Shown here: positions 50,634-60,810 of the stretch, piece by piece
How positions within the stretch are numbered: position 1 is the stretch's first letter
How the letters are laid out: each line of letters begins with the position of its first letter
Assembly: GCA_964360255.1 (NCBI GenBank)
Contig: CAYHVK010000018.1
Coordinates: 56 to 64,055 of the forward strand
Source: an uncultured Pseudobdellovibrionaceae bacterium
GTDB taxonomy: Bacteria > Bdellovibrionota > Bdellovibrionia > Bdellovibrionales > UBA1609
DNA length: 64,000 bases
Direction of reading: 5' to 3'
Program-made: the position numbers and the translations under genes
Notes under the pieces: generated by a model
Databases searched by the model: none
Seen by the model: only the letters and a program-made list of their open reading frames with translations
Told to the model about the DNA's origin: nothing

Positions 50634-51400
50634 TGTTGGCCATTTGGATTATTGCTAAAAATACTTTTAAAGAGATCATTCGTGATCGAATTCTCTATGG
50701 AATACTCGTGTCGGCGGTTCTCTTAATTCTCCTCAGTTTGGCATTGGGGCAACTTAGTTTTGCAGAACAAACTCGTATCGCGACGAACTTTGGTTTTACA
50801 GCCATTCATCTAGGGGCCATGATTGTCTCTGTTTTTGTGGGTAGTACGCTTGTAGGCCGTGAAATTGAAAAGAAGACCATCATGACTCTTTTTGTTCGCC
50901 CCATTAATCGTGAGCAATTTTTGATCGGTAAATGTTTAGGTCTTATGGGTGTAAATTTGGTTTGTATTTCGGGTTTAGGCCTGATTCTGCTTCTTATTTT
51001 GTTCAGCATGGAGCTGCCCGTGAGCTTAGCTTTTTTTGCTGGTCTATATGGCATAGTGCTTGAAGCCATTTTACTTCTCGCTATCGCTATTTTCTTCGGG
51101 TGTTTTTCTTCACCAATGCTCTCTGTTTCATTTACCATTGGATTTTTTCTAATTGGACACTGGATAGAATCTTTAAAGTTTTTTATCAGTCGTTCAGAAT
51201 CACCGGCATTCTACATTTTGGGTAAAAGTTTGACGGCTACACTACCAAACTTTGAATTTTTCAACTGGCGAGCTTTATTTATTTACGATGATCCTATTCC
51301 TTGGCAAGAGCTTGGCTTCTCATCTATTTACATGCTGGCTTGGCTCATTTTCCTTATTACGGTTTCAGCTCTCATCTTAGGGAGACGCGACCTTGTTTGA
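50630..51400 (+). CDS. ABC-2 permease (PilI-like)
   Basis: IAKNTFKEIIRDRILY, REIEKKT..RPINR..F..GK; 6 TM. Confidence 0.85.
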   Translation: MMLAIWIIAKNTFKEIIRDRILYGILVSAVLLILLSLALGQLSFAEQTRIATNFGFTAIHLGAMIVSVFVGSTLVGREIEKKTIMTLFVRPINREQFLIGKCLGLMGVNLVCISGLGLILLLILFSMELPVSLAFFAGLYGIVLEAILLLAIAIFFGCFSSPMLSVSFTIGFFLIGHWIESLKFFISRSESPAFYILGKSLTATLPNFEFFNWRALFIYDDPIPWQELGFSSIYMLAWLIFLITVSALILGRRDLV

Positions 51401-52193
51401 ATTTATGGGCTTATACGAAGAGTTTTGGGCACCTGTATTCTTTATTTACGGTGCGCTTCTGGGGAGTTTTGCTAACGTAATTATCTATCGCCTGCCATTA
51501 GGTGAAAGCATTGTTAAGCCGCGCTCACACTGTCGTACTTGTAAGAATATGGTCGCTTGGTACGATAATATTCCTATCGCCTCTTTTTTGCTTTTAAGAG
51601 GTAAATGTCGTCATTGCCAGGAGAAGTTTTCTTGGCGTTATCCACTTGTTGAATTTTTAATGGGCCTTGTTTTTTGCGCTCTCTATTTGCATTTAGGTTG
51701 GAGCTTTTTTCTTTTTGAAGCGTTGATCTTCTGCTTCGGCCTCATCACAGTTAGTTTTATCGATCTTGATCATATGATTTTGCCAGATGTTTTCACTCTC
51801 TCTGGCATTGTGATCGGCCTTTTGGGCGCAGCTATAAATCCTGATCGTTCAGTAGTTGAAGCGCTTATTGGAGTGTTAGCTGGTGGTGGATTTTTGTGGG
51901 CCGTCTCAGCTATTTATTTTATGCTGCGAAAACAAGAGGGTATGGGTGGCGGGGACATCAAGCTACTCGCGTGGATTGGCGCCGTACTCGGCTGGCAATC
52001 GGTGCCTTTTGTGATCCTGAGTTCGAGTCTTTTTGGGACATTAGTCGGGCTCATTGTTATGAGCAGGACTAAAGGAGGGATGCAGACGGCAATTCCATTT
52101 GGGCCGTACCTTGCGCTCGGCGCTTTATTTTTTATCTTTGGTGGATCTGAATTGGCTCGCGCCTATATCGCTCTTTTCTTGCCCCTCAATTGA
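51393..52193 (+). CDS. pilD: Prepilin peptidase/N-methyltransferase
   Basis: GSFANVIIYRLP, two CxxC, IDLDH, GMGGGDIKL, PFGPYL. Confidence 0.97.
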   Translation: MFEFMGLYEEFWAPVFFIYGALLGSFANVIIYRLPLGESIVKPRSHCRTCKNMVAWYDNIPIASFLLLRGKCRHCQEKFSWRYPLVEFLMGLVFCALYLHLGWSFFLFEALIFCFGLITVSFIDLDHMILPDVFTLSGIVIGLLGAAINPDRSVVEALIGVLAGGGFLWAVSAIYFMLRKQEGMGGGDIKLLAWIGAVLGWQSVPFVILSSSLFGTLVGLIVMSRTKGGMQTAIPFGPYLALGALFFIFGGSELARAYIALFLPLN

Positions 52194-52218
52194 CATTTGT
52201 CGAGCCGACCGATCTAAT
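52190..52218 (+). promoter_or_regulatory. Possible sigma70 promoter for pilMNOPQ
   Basis: TTGACA-N17-TCTAAT. Confidence 0.4.
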
Positions 52219-52272
52219 CTTAAGTAGCTACAAGGAGTTACGACCTTTAGGGATGAGGGGGGCATCAGGAAG

Positions 52273-53325
52273 ATGCTATCGATCTTTGGTAAAAAGAAAA
52301 TTGTCGGCGTAGACGTCGGCACAAGTACTATTAAACTCGTCGAGTTAGACGTTGGGCGCAGTAGTACGTCTTTGGTGTCCTTCGCAATTGCGCCGATGCC
52401 AGCCCAGACTTTTTCAAGTGGAGATATTTTAAATCCACAAGCCGTTGGTGAAGTCATTCGTCAATTGCTCAATCAAGTTAAAACTAAACGAACAAGCGCT
52501 GCCTGTGGCTTAGGTGGATCAAGCGTTATCGTAAAAAGAATTTCGATTCCGAAAATGGATGAGAATTTAATTTCAGAACAAATTCGTTGGGAAGCCGAAC
52601 AGTATGTTCCGTACGATATCAATGAAGTGAATTTAGGTTATGAAATTATTCGTAAGTCAGCTAATTCAGAAAGTATTGATTTGCTTTTGATCGCCGCTGT
52701 GCAAGGGCATGTTTTTAAGTATGCCGAAGCACTGCAGATCGCTGGACTCAACTGCGATGTTGTAGATGTAAATGGTTTTGCGCTCGCTAACTGTTTTAAA
52801 AAGAACTACGGCGAGATGGAGGGGCAAACAATAGCCCTTCTCAATATCGGAGCAGCTGCAACCAATATGGTGATCTTAGAAAATTCTGAAATTGTTTTCT
52901 CGCGTGATATCGCTGTCGGTGGAATGACATACAGTCATGATTTACAAAAAGGTCTAAATGTCAGCCTTGAAGAAGCAGAGGCTATAAAGCTGAGCGTTTC
53001 AAATGGTCAAGCAGCACCACAAGAGGCCGCTGGTTTACTTGAAGCCACTCACGAAGCTGTCGTTGAAGAAATAAAAGGGAGCTTTGACTTCTTTTTAAAT
53101 ACAACAAAGTCGCAAACGATCAATCGCTGTTTTGTCACGGGCGGTGGCTCAAAAACAAAAGGCCTAGTAGAGCGCTTAGCTAAAGTGGCTCCTTGCGAAC
53201 GACTCGATCCATTTTTTAATATTAAGCATAACCCTAAAGCTTTTTCCAATGACTATATCGAACAGATTAGAGACTTCAGTGCTGTCGTGTTGGGACTAGC
53301 TTTGCGTACGCCAGGTGACACATGA
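52273..53325 (+). CDS. pilM: Type IV pilus assembly protein PilM
   Basis: VGVDVGTSTIKLVEL, WEAEQYVP, actin-like fold motifs, GLALR. Confidence 0.95.
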   Translation: MLSIFGKKKIVGVDVGTSTIKLVELDVGRSSTSLVSFAIAPMPAQTFSSGDILNPQAVGEVIRQLLNQVKTKRTSAACGLGGSSVIVKRISIPKMDENLISEQIRWEAEQYVPYDINEVNLGYEIIRKSANSESIDLLLIAAVQGHVFKYAEALQIAGLNCDVVDVNGFALANCFKKNYGEMEGQTIALLNIGAAATNMVILENSEIVFSRDIAVGGMTYSHDLQKGLNVSLEEAEAIKLSVSNGQAAPQEAAGLLEATHEAVVEEIKGSFDFFLNTTKSQTINRCFVTGGGSKTKGLVERLAKVAPCERLDPFFNIKHNPKAFSNDYIEQIRDFSAVVLGLALRTPGDT

Positions 53326-53945
53326 TTAAGGTGAACCTGCTTAAAAATAGAGGCACAGTTTCTGAGGCTTCAACGCAATTTGATTATACAAATATATCGG
53401 GGACACCAGATTCAGGTGCGGATTCATCAGCTTCAAGTAGTCCACTTGCTATTTTAGCTAAGGTTCTTATTATATTTTCTCTCTCTGTGCTTCTGTATAT
53501 TTATGAAAGCTATAATATAGGTGTTTTGACCGAACAAAATGCGGCTGTCCAAGCAAGAGTTCAAGAGCTCCAAGCTGAAATCACCAAAAATGAATCTATC
53601 ATTGGCCGTGCCACAGAAATGCAGAGTGAAATTAAGCAAATTGAAGAGCGCATTAATGTAATTAAAAAAATGTCTAAAATTCGCCTTCGTGAGATTAAGG
53701 CTATTGATTATTTACAAAATACAATGCCCGACCGTGTTTGGTTTCAAACTTTAGATTTCAAAGATAAGTCATTTAGAGTGATGGGATATGCCGCCACAGA
53801 TGAGAGCCTCAATCGATTTATTGATACAATTGATGGCAAATCTTTTTTTAGAACAGCTATTCTTCTTAATAACGATGATTTTAAAACTAAGGGCGGAAGC
53901 GTAAAGAAGTTTATTATTTCAACGGACCTTATTGAAACGGATTAA
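53322..53945 (+). CDS. pilN: Type IV pilus assembly protein PilN
   Basis: IKVNLL N-terminus, TM, coiled coil, PDRVW. Confidence 0.9.
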   Translation: MIKVNLLKNRGTVSEASTQFDYTNISGTPDSGADSSASSSPLAILAKVLIIFSLSVLLYIYESYNIGVLTEQNAAVQARVQELQAEITKNESIIGRATEMQSEIKQIEERINVIKKMSKIRLREIKAIDYLQNTMPDRVWFQTLDFKDKSFRVMGYAATDESLNRFIDTIDGKSFFRTAILLNNDDFKTKGGSVKKFIISTDLIETD

Positions 53946-53951
53946 TTGGTA

Positions 53952-54566
53952 ATGGAAAAGCAACTACAAAACTTAACTATTGGCAAAGCGGTTATCGGGG
54001 CCGTTGTCGTTGCGTTTTTGTATTACATGCTTATGTATAATGATGGGGCTGTTCTCTCGGCCAGTATCACTGCCGCCAATAATGAAATCCAAGTTAAAGA
54101 GCAAGAGCTCGAAAAGATCAAAGTGGCTATTGCCGACGCTGAACGCTACCAGCAAACAAAAAATGCTTTAGGTAATGAACTTGGAAATGTTTTAAAAGCT
54201 ATTCCAGAAAAACTTTTACCGACAGATATTATGAAGCTTCTGTCTACAGAAGCTAAGAATGTTGGCGTTAATATTATAAATTTGACTCCAGATGGTGCGA
54301 CGTTTCAAAATTTTCAAGAAAAAGATAAGCCATTTTTTGAGCCGGTATCCGTGTCAGTGACCCTTGAGGGCACATATACAAATCTTATGCTCTTTTTATC
54401 TGCCATTACCAAGAGTGATAAAATTATTACAGCTCCCTCATTAGTTTTAGAAAATAAAGCGGCAGCAAGTGCTTCAGAAGATTCATCTCCGACTAGCCTT
54501 CGTTTAACTGCTGAGTTCCGTGCTTATAGATACATACCAACTCCTGCGACAGGAGTTGAAAAGTGA
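53952..54566 (+). CDS. pilO: Type IV pilus assembly protein PilO
   Basis: TM, coiled coil, LEGTYTNLMLFL; operon position. Confidence 0.9.
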   Translation: MEKQLQNLTIGKAVIGAVVVAFLYYMLMYNDGAVLSASITAANNEIQVKEQELEKIKVAIADAERYQQTKNALGNELGNVLKAIPEKLLPTDIMKLLSTEAKNVGVNIINLTPDGATFQNFQEKDKPFFEPVSVSVTLEGTYTNLMLFLSAITKSDKIITAPSLVLENKAAASASEDSSPTSLRLTAEFRAYRYIPTPATGVEK

Positions 54567-55078
54567 TCTCTATACTGATGCTTTTTCTATCATTGATTTC
54601 TGCGCAGACGCTTTATGCTCAAGAGCCAGTTGATGTGCCACAAATGCCAGCTTCGTCTGAAGTTCTGGCGACGCCACCGTCACCAGTGGTTCAAGCACCA
54701 CAAGAAATTAATTTGCCGGCAAAAGATTTTCTTGAGCCTTATATTTTTGATGCTCGTGAAGGCCGCCGCAATCCATTTCGTCCTTTTGTTATTCGTGGTG
54801 AAGATGGTTCATCAGTAGCTATTGGCCCAGCAACTCCACTGGAGCGTTATGAAGTGGATGAGTTAACTTTATTGGCCGTAATGTGGGATGTGAAAACACC
54901 TAAGGCTATGATCATGGATCCGCAAAAGAACATTCATATTATTACTAAAGATGATCGTATCGGTCGCAAAAAAGGATATGTTGCGACAATACGTGAAGGT
55001 GAAATCGTTATTGTTGAGACAACAGAGTTCAATGGTGAACCCGTATTTTCAACTCGTGTTGTTGAATTACAAAAATAG
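54563..55078 (+). CDS. pilP: Type IV pilus assembly protein PilP
   Basis: RRNPF, PLERYEVDELTLLAV, IG..KG.V..I. Confidence 0.9.
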   Translation: MISILMLFLSLISAQTLYAQEPVDVPQMPASSEVLATPPSPVVQAPQEINLPAKDFLEPYIFDAREGRRNPFRPFVIRGEDGSSVAIGPATPLERYEVDELTLLAVMWDVKTPKAMIMDPQKNIHIITKDDRIGRKKGYVATIREGEIVIVETTEFNGEPVFSTRVVELQK

Positions 55079-55087
55079 GAGTCAAGG

Positions 55088-57202
55088 ATGGCCCGTTTTC
55101 TAAAAGTATTTTTAATTTTGTCTTGTCTAATTATGGCAAATTGTACGACGCCCGAATCAGGTGAAGACGAAATCACAGCTGCATCTGATGAGATGGAAGG
55201 CGACGTGGCTGAAGAAGGCTCTTCAACTACAGCTGATGCCGGCGATGAAGAGTTTTCTGATGAATTAGATTCTGAAGAAACTACTGCAGATTCTCCAGCT
55301 GTGGCAGATGAAAATATAGAAGATGAGCTGGCTGCTGAAGAAGAGGCTGAAGAACCAGTAGCTGAGGCCCCTGTAGAAGAAGCTCCCGCTACAGAACCTA
55401 CAGCTGAGCCTGTGCAAGCTGAGAACCCAATTGAAGAGCCAGTGCAACCTGAAGAACCCGCTAAATCATCTATGCGCTCAGATGTGTTGGCGGTTGTAAC
55501 TGATATCGATTTTATGGCGAATCAAAGTGGTGGAACTATTGCCATCAAAACATCATCACCAGCTCAATATACAACTCGATATAACGAAAAAACTCAGCAG
55601 TATATTATTGAGCTGCAAAACACCCAGCTTTCATCAGCTATGAAGCGCCCTTATATAATGAAGGATTTTGATACCTCTTTCGGCGCCATCAACGCCTATC
55701 AGGCTTCAGGCAGTCAAGTCGCAAGGATTGTTGTGCAAATGAAATCAGATGGTGAACCTCTCGTTCAGCAAGAGGGAAACTCGCTTCTTGTTTTGCCGCC
55801 TAGCATGGCTTCATCTACGCCAATTGCCGGAACGGGCGGAGCCGGTGCCCAAGGTTGGCAAAAATCTTACGATGTAACCGCCGCAGAAAAAGAAGAGTCA
55901 TTAGGAGCTAGAACGCTTGATGAATTTTTAACGGGTAATGGTCGGTTTTTTGGACGCCCAATTTCAATTCAAATTAATGATGCCGATGTCCGTGATGTTA
56001 TCTCTTTCATCGCTGATGAAAGTGGCGTGAACCTTGTTCTTGGTGAGGATGTCGATGGTAAAATTTCCTTAAAACTTCGCGATGTTCCTTGGGATCAGGC
56101 GCTTGTGATTGTTATGAAATCAAAGGGCCTCGGATATGTACGACAAGGGAGTGTTATTCGTATTACGAAGCTGGCCACACTTCAATCTGAAGCTCAGCTA
56201 GCTAAGAGTATCGTGGATGCCCAAAAAATTCTTTCTCCTTTGAGGGTCAAAGTCATTCCTGTTTCCTATGCCACGGTTGGTGATCTTGAAACGCAAATTA
56301 AAGCCTTTTTAACGGCAGATAGGGGTAAGGTTGTCAGTGACTCAAGAACAAGCTCTTTGATTATTACTGATACGGCCGAAGTGCTTGAGAAGGTGAGTCG
56401 TTTAGTGCGAGAACTTGATATTCCGCCAGCTCAGGTGATGATTGAGGGTAAAGTCGTTGAGGCGGGAGAATCTTTCACTCGTACTCTTGGCGTCAACTGG
56501 GGTTTCGGCGGAACAAATACTGAACTTGCATCTGGTGGTGGTTTGAATGGATCACCTCTTAATATGACAGTTGGATTCCAGTCGACATCGTTGCCTGCAG
56601 ACCAGTTGAGCGCTCTAAGTGGTGGTAATCTTACTATGCGGATTGGTGCTTTTGATTTCTTCGGAGATTTAAATGCTCAGTTGGCCCTAGCTCAGACAGA
56701 TAGCATGGTGCGAATTATTTCATCGCCAAGAATTGTGACAATGAATAAGCAGCAAGCTGAAATCCTGCAAAAGGGTGAGGTCATCACGGTCAATTCCACC
56801 GTTGATACGGGCGGCAATACTTCATCAACGGCTATTCGAACTCCAGTGCAGCTCAAGTTGAATGTGACTCCACAAGTGACCAATGAAGGTAGTGTTCTTT
56901 TAGATGTCGATGTTCTTCGGGAGTTTGCCGGAGCTGTTGTCGATACAGCCACTAAAGCACGCCCAGTGAATTCTCGCTCTGCTAAAACTAAAGTGATGGT
57001 TCCAAATGGTCAGACAGCGGTTATCGGTGGTATCTATCAGAATGACGAACAGTCAGGAGAATCAGGTATTCCTGGCCTCAAAGACATCCCGGTTTTCGGT
57101 TGGTTATTTAAATCTAAGAACGAAACTCGAGAGAAGAACGAGCTTATTATTTTCTTAACTCCAAGAATTCTAAATGCGAAAGATCAGGTCGTTACTCAGT
57201 AA
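55088..57202 (+). CDS. pilQ: Type IV pilus secretin PilQ
   Basis: AMIN-like domain, DVPWDQAL, QVMIEGKVVE, PGLKDIPVFGWLF, ELIIFLTPRI. Confidence 0.97.
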   Translation: MARFLKVFLILSCLIMANCTTPESGEDEITAASDEMEGDVAEEGSSTTADAGDEEFSDELDSEETTADSPAVADENIEDELAAEEEAEEPVAEAPVEEAPATEPTAEPVQAENPIEEPVQPEEPAKSSMRSDVLAVVTDIDFMANQSGGTIAIKTSSPAQYTTRYNEKTQQYIIELQNTQLSSAMKRPYIMKDFDTSFGAINAYQASGSQVARIVVQMKSDGEPLVQQEGNSLLVLPPSMASSTPIAGTGGAGAQGWQKSYDVTAAEKEESLGARTLDEFLTGNGRFFGRPISIQINDADVRDVISFIADESGVNLVLGEDVDGKISLKLRDVPWDQALVIVMKSKGLGYVRQGSVIRITKLATLQSEAQLAKSIVDAQKILSPLRVKVIPVSYATVGDLETQIKAFLTADRGKVVSDSRTSSLIITDTAEVLEKVSRLVRELDIPPAQVMIEGKVVEAGESFTRTLGVNWGFGGTNTELASGGGLNGSPLNMTVGFQSTSLPADQLSALSGGNLTMRIGAFDFFGDLNAQLALAQTDSMVRIISSPRIVTMNKQQAEILQKGEVITVNSTVDTGGNTSSTAIRTPVQLKLNVTPQVTNEGSVLLDVDVLREFAGAVVDTATKARPVNSRSAKTKVMVPNGQTAVIGGIYQNDEQSGESGIPGLKDIPVFGWLFKSKNETREKNELIIFLTPRILNAKDQVVTQ

Positions 57203-57214
57203 CGACCTTACAAT

Positions 57215-58159
57215 CTAGCGAAAAGTTGGAACATCATCGACAAGATCTGGTGTGTCGATGAAAGGGTTGCGATTACCCTGAATCTCTTCAATTTTATTAT
57301 TACGTTCAATTTCATCAGCTGATACAGGGTCATCTTTATGCCATTGGCGCAAAATCGCTTCTTGTTCAGCATCAATTGGAAGTTTGTAACGAATTGAGAA
57401 GTAAAAGAGGGCGCGAGCTACGCTACCACGGTGATGCACCGGAGGCTGAAAACGCTCTTGGTGATTTTTGTTATAGCCTACGCGTGAATCTTTGCAGTTG
57501 GCATCCGTGTGACGAGTGTCTTGTTCTACGTAACCAAAATTCATATTTCCGCGAAGTTGGTTAGCCCAAGAATCTGTTGGAAAGAGATGATGGAGATCTG
57601 TTTTTTGAACATCTCTAGGATAGCGTGTAGAGAAGCGGCTTTGCGGCCATGTGTGTTCGACATTGAGTTCATTGCTACTTGGCATTTGGTTTGAGTTAAT
57701 GCGGTACGGGCGCTGACAGTAGTAATCCCAAACATATGTACCACGTTGGTCTCTACGCATATCAAGAACGTGCATGATACGTTCGCGAGCATCACCATAA
57801 GATATACTGTTACGATGATTTTGAGAGATATCTGCATAAATTTTATCGCGGATATCGCCAAAAGTTACATTTGAACTTTTGCCGTTCTGATTTTGCTGAC
57901 CATAACGCTCATTATTCTGATTGTTATTATTTCTATTGCGGTCACGATCACGGCGAGAGTCTGAAGTTGAGTAGGTATCGAAGAAGCTCTGTTTTTGATC
58001 GCGTGAGATGAAATCATCGCAATTTTTGCGATGATTTTGCTTTTGGCCTCGATGCCTATTCCGTCCGCGAGCCTCACCTGGTTCGGCAAACGATAACAAA
58101 AAGATAAAAGCCAATAACGTAGTTACACTTGTCTTTGCAAGAGTCTTACCGAATCTCAT
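57215..58159 (-). CDS. Secreted endonuclease I family (His-Me finger) nuclease
   Basis: NVEHTWPQS, DLHHLFP, N..RGN, RGSVARALFYF, ERN..I..IQGNRNPFID; signal peptide. Confidence 0.92.
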   Translation of the reverse strand: MRFGKTLAKTSVTTLLAFIFLLSFAEPGEARGRNRHRGQKQNHRKNCDDFISRDQKQSFFDTYSTSDSRRDRDRNRNNNNQNNERYGQQNQNGKSSNVTFGDIRDKIYADISQNHRNSISYGDARERIMHVLDMRRDQRGTYVWDYYCQRPYRINSNQMPSSNELNVEHTWPQSRFSTRYPRDVQKTDLHHLFPTDSWANQLRGNMNFGYVEQDTRHTDANCKDSRVGYNKNHQERFQPPVHHRGSVARALFYFSIRYKLPIDAEQEAILRQWHKDDPVSADEIERNNKIEEIQGNRNPFIDTPDLVDDVPTFR

Positions 58160-58311
58160 TTAAATCCCCCGACTTAAATTGTTTCTTTTTTTTGCTTGCA
58201 GGGAGTTTTATTCGATGCGATGTGGCTAGCCAACACAAAAGTGCAAAAGGTGTTATGTGTCAGATAACTTATAATAAAATTCTAAAAATGTATGGTAATT
58301 ACTACAAAAAC

Positions 58312-58941
58312 TTAACGAGTGACTTGAAAACCGCTTATGTAAGCACGTTCAGTAATCACGCCGCCTTCCTCAAACCAACCTTCGCCTTCAATTCGGATTG
58401 AATAGATGAGGTTGCTAGATTCTGGTAAGCCATCAATGTACCAACTTTCAAATTGACCGGCATCAGGGTCTAAGATTTTAGTTGGATCTTGGTCTTCTAA
58501 GTCACAATGTGAAAGCGGCTCTCCAGAATCATCTGCCGCATAACCTGAGCGAGTTGCTTGTGGTGGCACAATGACAGTAAAGGCGCGACTTTTTGTCTCT
58601 GCGCAATCAGCGCCAGGATCTAAAGAATATTCGTTAGTACTTTTAATCCCATTCTTAAAGCCAGTTACATAAAATTTAAAAGTCACAAGCTTAAGAGTGG
58701 CTGTTTTCGAGCTATTGCTAATTCTATATTTAAAAACATACCATGGCCCCTCGATCACAACATCTTCGCCTGCAGTACCAGTACCAATAGTTAAATCAGC
58801 GTTTACCGCTATCGGATTTTTCTCCGGATCAAAATCAATTTTAGCAGATTCAGATTCGCCACCACAGCTGACTTGGGCGCCTGCAATAAGAGCGATAATC
58901 GAGAGCATGGCAAAAAGGGACTTTGATGAAGACTTAATCAT
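58312..58941 (-). CDS. Hypothetical lipoprotein
   Basis: Hydrophobic N-terminus ending ..QVS-CGG; GGAG RBS. Confidence 0.7.
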   Translation of the reverse strand: MIKSSSKSLFAMLSIIALIAGAQVSCGGESESAKIDFDPEKNPIAVNADLTIGTGTAGEDVVIEGPWYVFKYRISNSSKTATLKLVTFKFYVTGFKNGIKSTNEYSLDPGADCAETKSRAFTVIVPPQATRSGYAADDSGEPLSHCDLEDQDPTKILDPDAGQFESWYIDGLPESSNLIYSIRIEGEGWFEEGGVITERAYISGFQVTR

Positions 58942-59024
58942 TATTGTAACTCCGTCCGTGTAACTAAAAACATTTTAACCTCAATGCTTGTTTTTGGTTA
59001 TAAATCCGTTTAAAACCACGACTA

Positions 59025-60344
59025 ATGTCAGACTTATTTGAAGCCTCAGGGCAAATGCCAGAAAATCAATCTTCTCAGCCACTTGCAGAAAGTCTTAGGC
59101 CAAAAGTCCTACAACACTTTATCGGTCAAAATCAGGCCGAACATAAGCTCCAAAATATCCTTAAGAATCTGAAAGATAAGGGCTTTTTACCTAATCTTAT
59201 TCTTTGGGGGCCGCCTGGCACAGGTAAGACCACTTGGGCTCGGCTCATTGGCCAAGTGTCTCATTCTGAGTTTTTACAAGTAAATGCTATAGAAACAGGC
59301 GCAAAAGAAATTCGCGAGATCGGACTCAAAGCTCATCGCTCAAGAATTGAGCTGCAAAGAAAAACGATCCTTTTTATTGATGAAATTCATCGTCTGAACC
59401 GTGGCCAACAAGATGTGCTCTTACCTTTTACTGAAAAGGGTGACATTTATCTTATTGGTGCCACAACAGAAAACCCAAGTTACGAACTCAATTCCGCTCT
59501 TTTAAGTCGCTGCCAGGTCATTGTTTTTGAGCGCCTAACCCGTGAAAACTTGCGCCAAATTATGAGCCGAGCCAGTGAGTATTTAAAATTTAATTTTGCA
59601 GAGTCGCTAACCTCCGAAGCAACTGAAGCTATTCTTGAGGCGGCAGATGGTGACGGTCGTAAATTCTTAAACCTTCTCGAGCTGATCTATCAGTCATTTT
59701 CTCATGAGCCCCTTAAAGAAAAAATTGCTCCAACAGCTTTGCAAGAAATTTTAATGCAACGAACTTTACGTTATGATCAAAGTGGCGAGTCTCATTATGA
59801 TACTCTTTCTGCTTTTATAAAAAGTATGCGGGGTAGTGACCCTGATGCGGCCATTTATTATCTTGCGCGAATGATTAAAAGCGGTGAAGACCCAGTCACA
59901 ATCGCACGCCGAATGGTGATTTTAGCCAGTGAAGATATAGGTAATGCTGATCCTAAGGCGCTTCCGCTAGCTCTAGCAGGCCTTCAGGCGGTCGAAGCCA
60001 TTGGTTTGCCTGAGGCGGGTATTAATCTCGCTCAAGTCGTCACCTACTTAGCTTCAGCCCCCAAATCCAATCGCTCTTACGCTGCCTATAAAAAAGCTTT
60101 AGATGTTGTAGAAAAGACGGGTTCCCTCGAGATTCCACTTCATATTCGAAACGCCCAAACTCGACTGATGAAAGATCTTGGTTATGGTCGTGATTATGTT
60201 TATGCCCATGATTATCCAAAGGGACATGCGGCTCAAGAGTATTTACCTTTAGCAATTAAAGATGAAAAATTCTACGAGCCCACTGATCATGGTTTTGAGA
60301 AAAATATTCGCCAATATCTCAATTGGCTGAAATCAGACACTTAA
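59025..60344 (+). CDS. rarA: Replication-associated recombination protein A (MgsA)
   Basis: WGPPGTGKTT, FIDEIHR, ATTENP, SAFIKSMRGSDPDA, ASEDIGNADP. Confidence 0.97.
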   Translation: MSDLFEASGQMPENQSSQPLAESLRPKVLQHFIGQNQAEHKLQNILKNLKDKGFLPNLILWGPPGTGKTTWARLIGQVSHSEFLQVNAIETGAKEIREIGLKAHRSRIELQRKTILFIDEIHRLNRGQQDVLLPFTEKGDIYLIGATTENPSYELNSALLSRCQVIVFERLTRENLRQIMSRASEYLKFNFAESLTSEATEAILEAADGDGRKFLNLLELIYQSFSHEPLKEKIAPTALQEILMQRTLRYDQSGESHYDTLSAFIKSMRGSDPDAAIYYLARMIKSGEDPVTIARRMVILASEDIGNADPKALPLALAGLQAVEAIGLPEAGINLAQVVTYLASAPKSNRSYAAYKKALDVVEKTGSLEIPLHIRNAQTRLMKDLGYGRDYVYAHDYPKGHAAQEYLPLAIKDEKFYEPTDHGFEKNIRQYLNWLKSDT

Positions 60345-60384
60345 AATATAATGACCACAAAATAAATAAACTCAACTCACTCAG

Positions 60385-60690
60385 CTACCAGGTTTTGCTG
60401 GCGTAAAGACAGATGCAAGGTTCTTGTCCTTGAGCTTTGAAGGAGTGTTTTGTATTGGCGGGTATGACGATACGATCTCCTGCACGAAGGAGCAGCTTGT
60501 TTCCAGTGATATCAAAAACCATTTCGCCGCTCACAACTGTACGAACCTCATCAAATGGATGACGATGGTCGGCCACCAGAGCCTCAGGTTGAAAAAACTC
60601 TTCCATAGGGATAAGTCCCTCAGCCTTATAAAGTGCTTCAATCTGAGATTTATCTGGGACGATCGGAGCTTGCCATCTAAAAACTAACAT
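60385..60690 (-). CDS. Cupin domain protein
   Basis: HRHPFDEV...GD...IPANTKH. Confidence 0.9.
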   Translation of the reverse strand: MLVFRWQAPIVPDKSQIEALYKAEGLIPMEEFFQPEALVADHRHPFDEVRTVVSGEMVFDITGNKLLLRAGDRIVIPANTKHSFKAQGQEPCICLYASKTW

Positions 60691-60759
60691 AATTACTTAC
60701 CTATTTTGGTTCTTTCTCGTTTTCATACAGGACATTCACCTAATTTAACAGCGAGTATC

Positions 60760-60786
60760 TCAAGTATAACCTTATAGAGTCGATAA
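60760..60786 (+). promoter_or_regulatory. Sigma28-type promoter
   Basis: TCAAGTAT-N11-GTCGATAA upstream of 60811. Confidence 0.6.
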
Positions 60787-60810
60787 AAAGCTATCACTAG
60801 GAGAGAAGAA

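Noticed and set aside
49758-57202. pilH/I-pilD-pilMNOPQ as a novel system
   Set aside because: Standard type IVa pilus cluster of Bdellovibrio and myxobacteria; pilA/B/C/T being elsewhere is normal.
58222-58231. TGGCTAGCCA palindrome / sigma54 site upstream of the nuclease
   Set aside because: Only 10 bp, and the GG-to-GC spacing is wrong for sigma54; could arise by chance.
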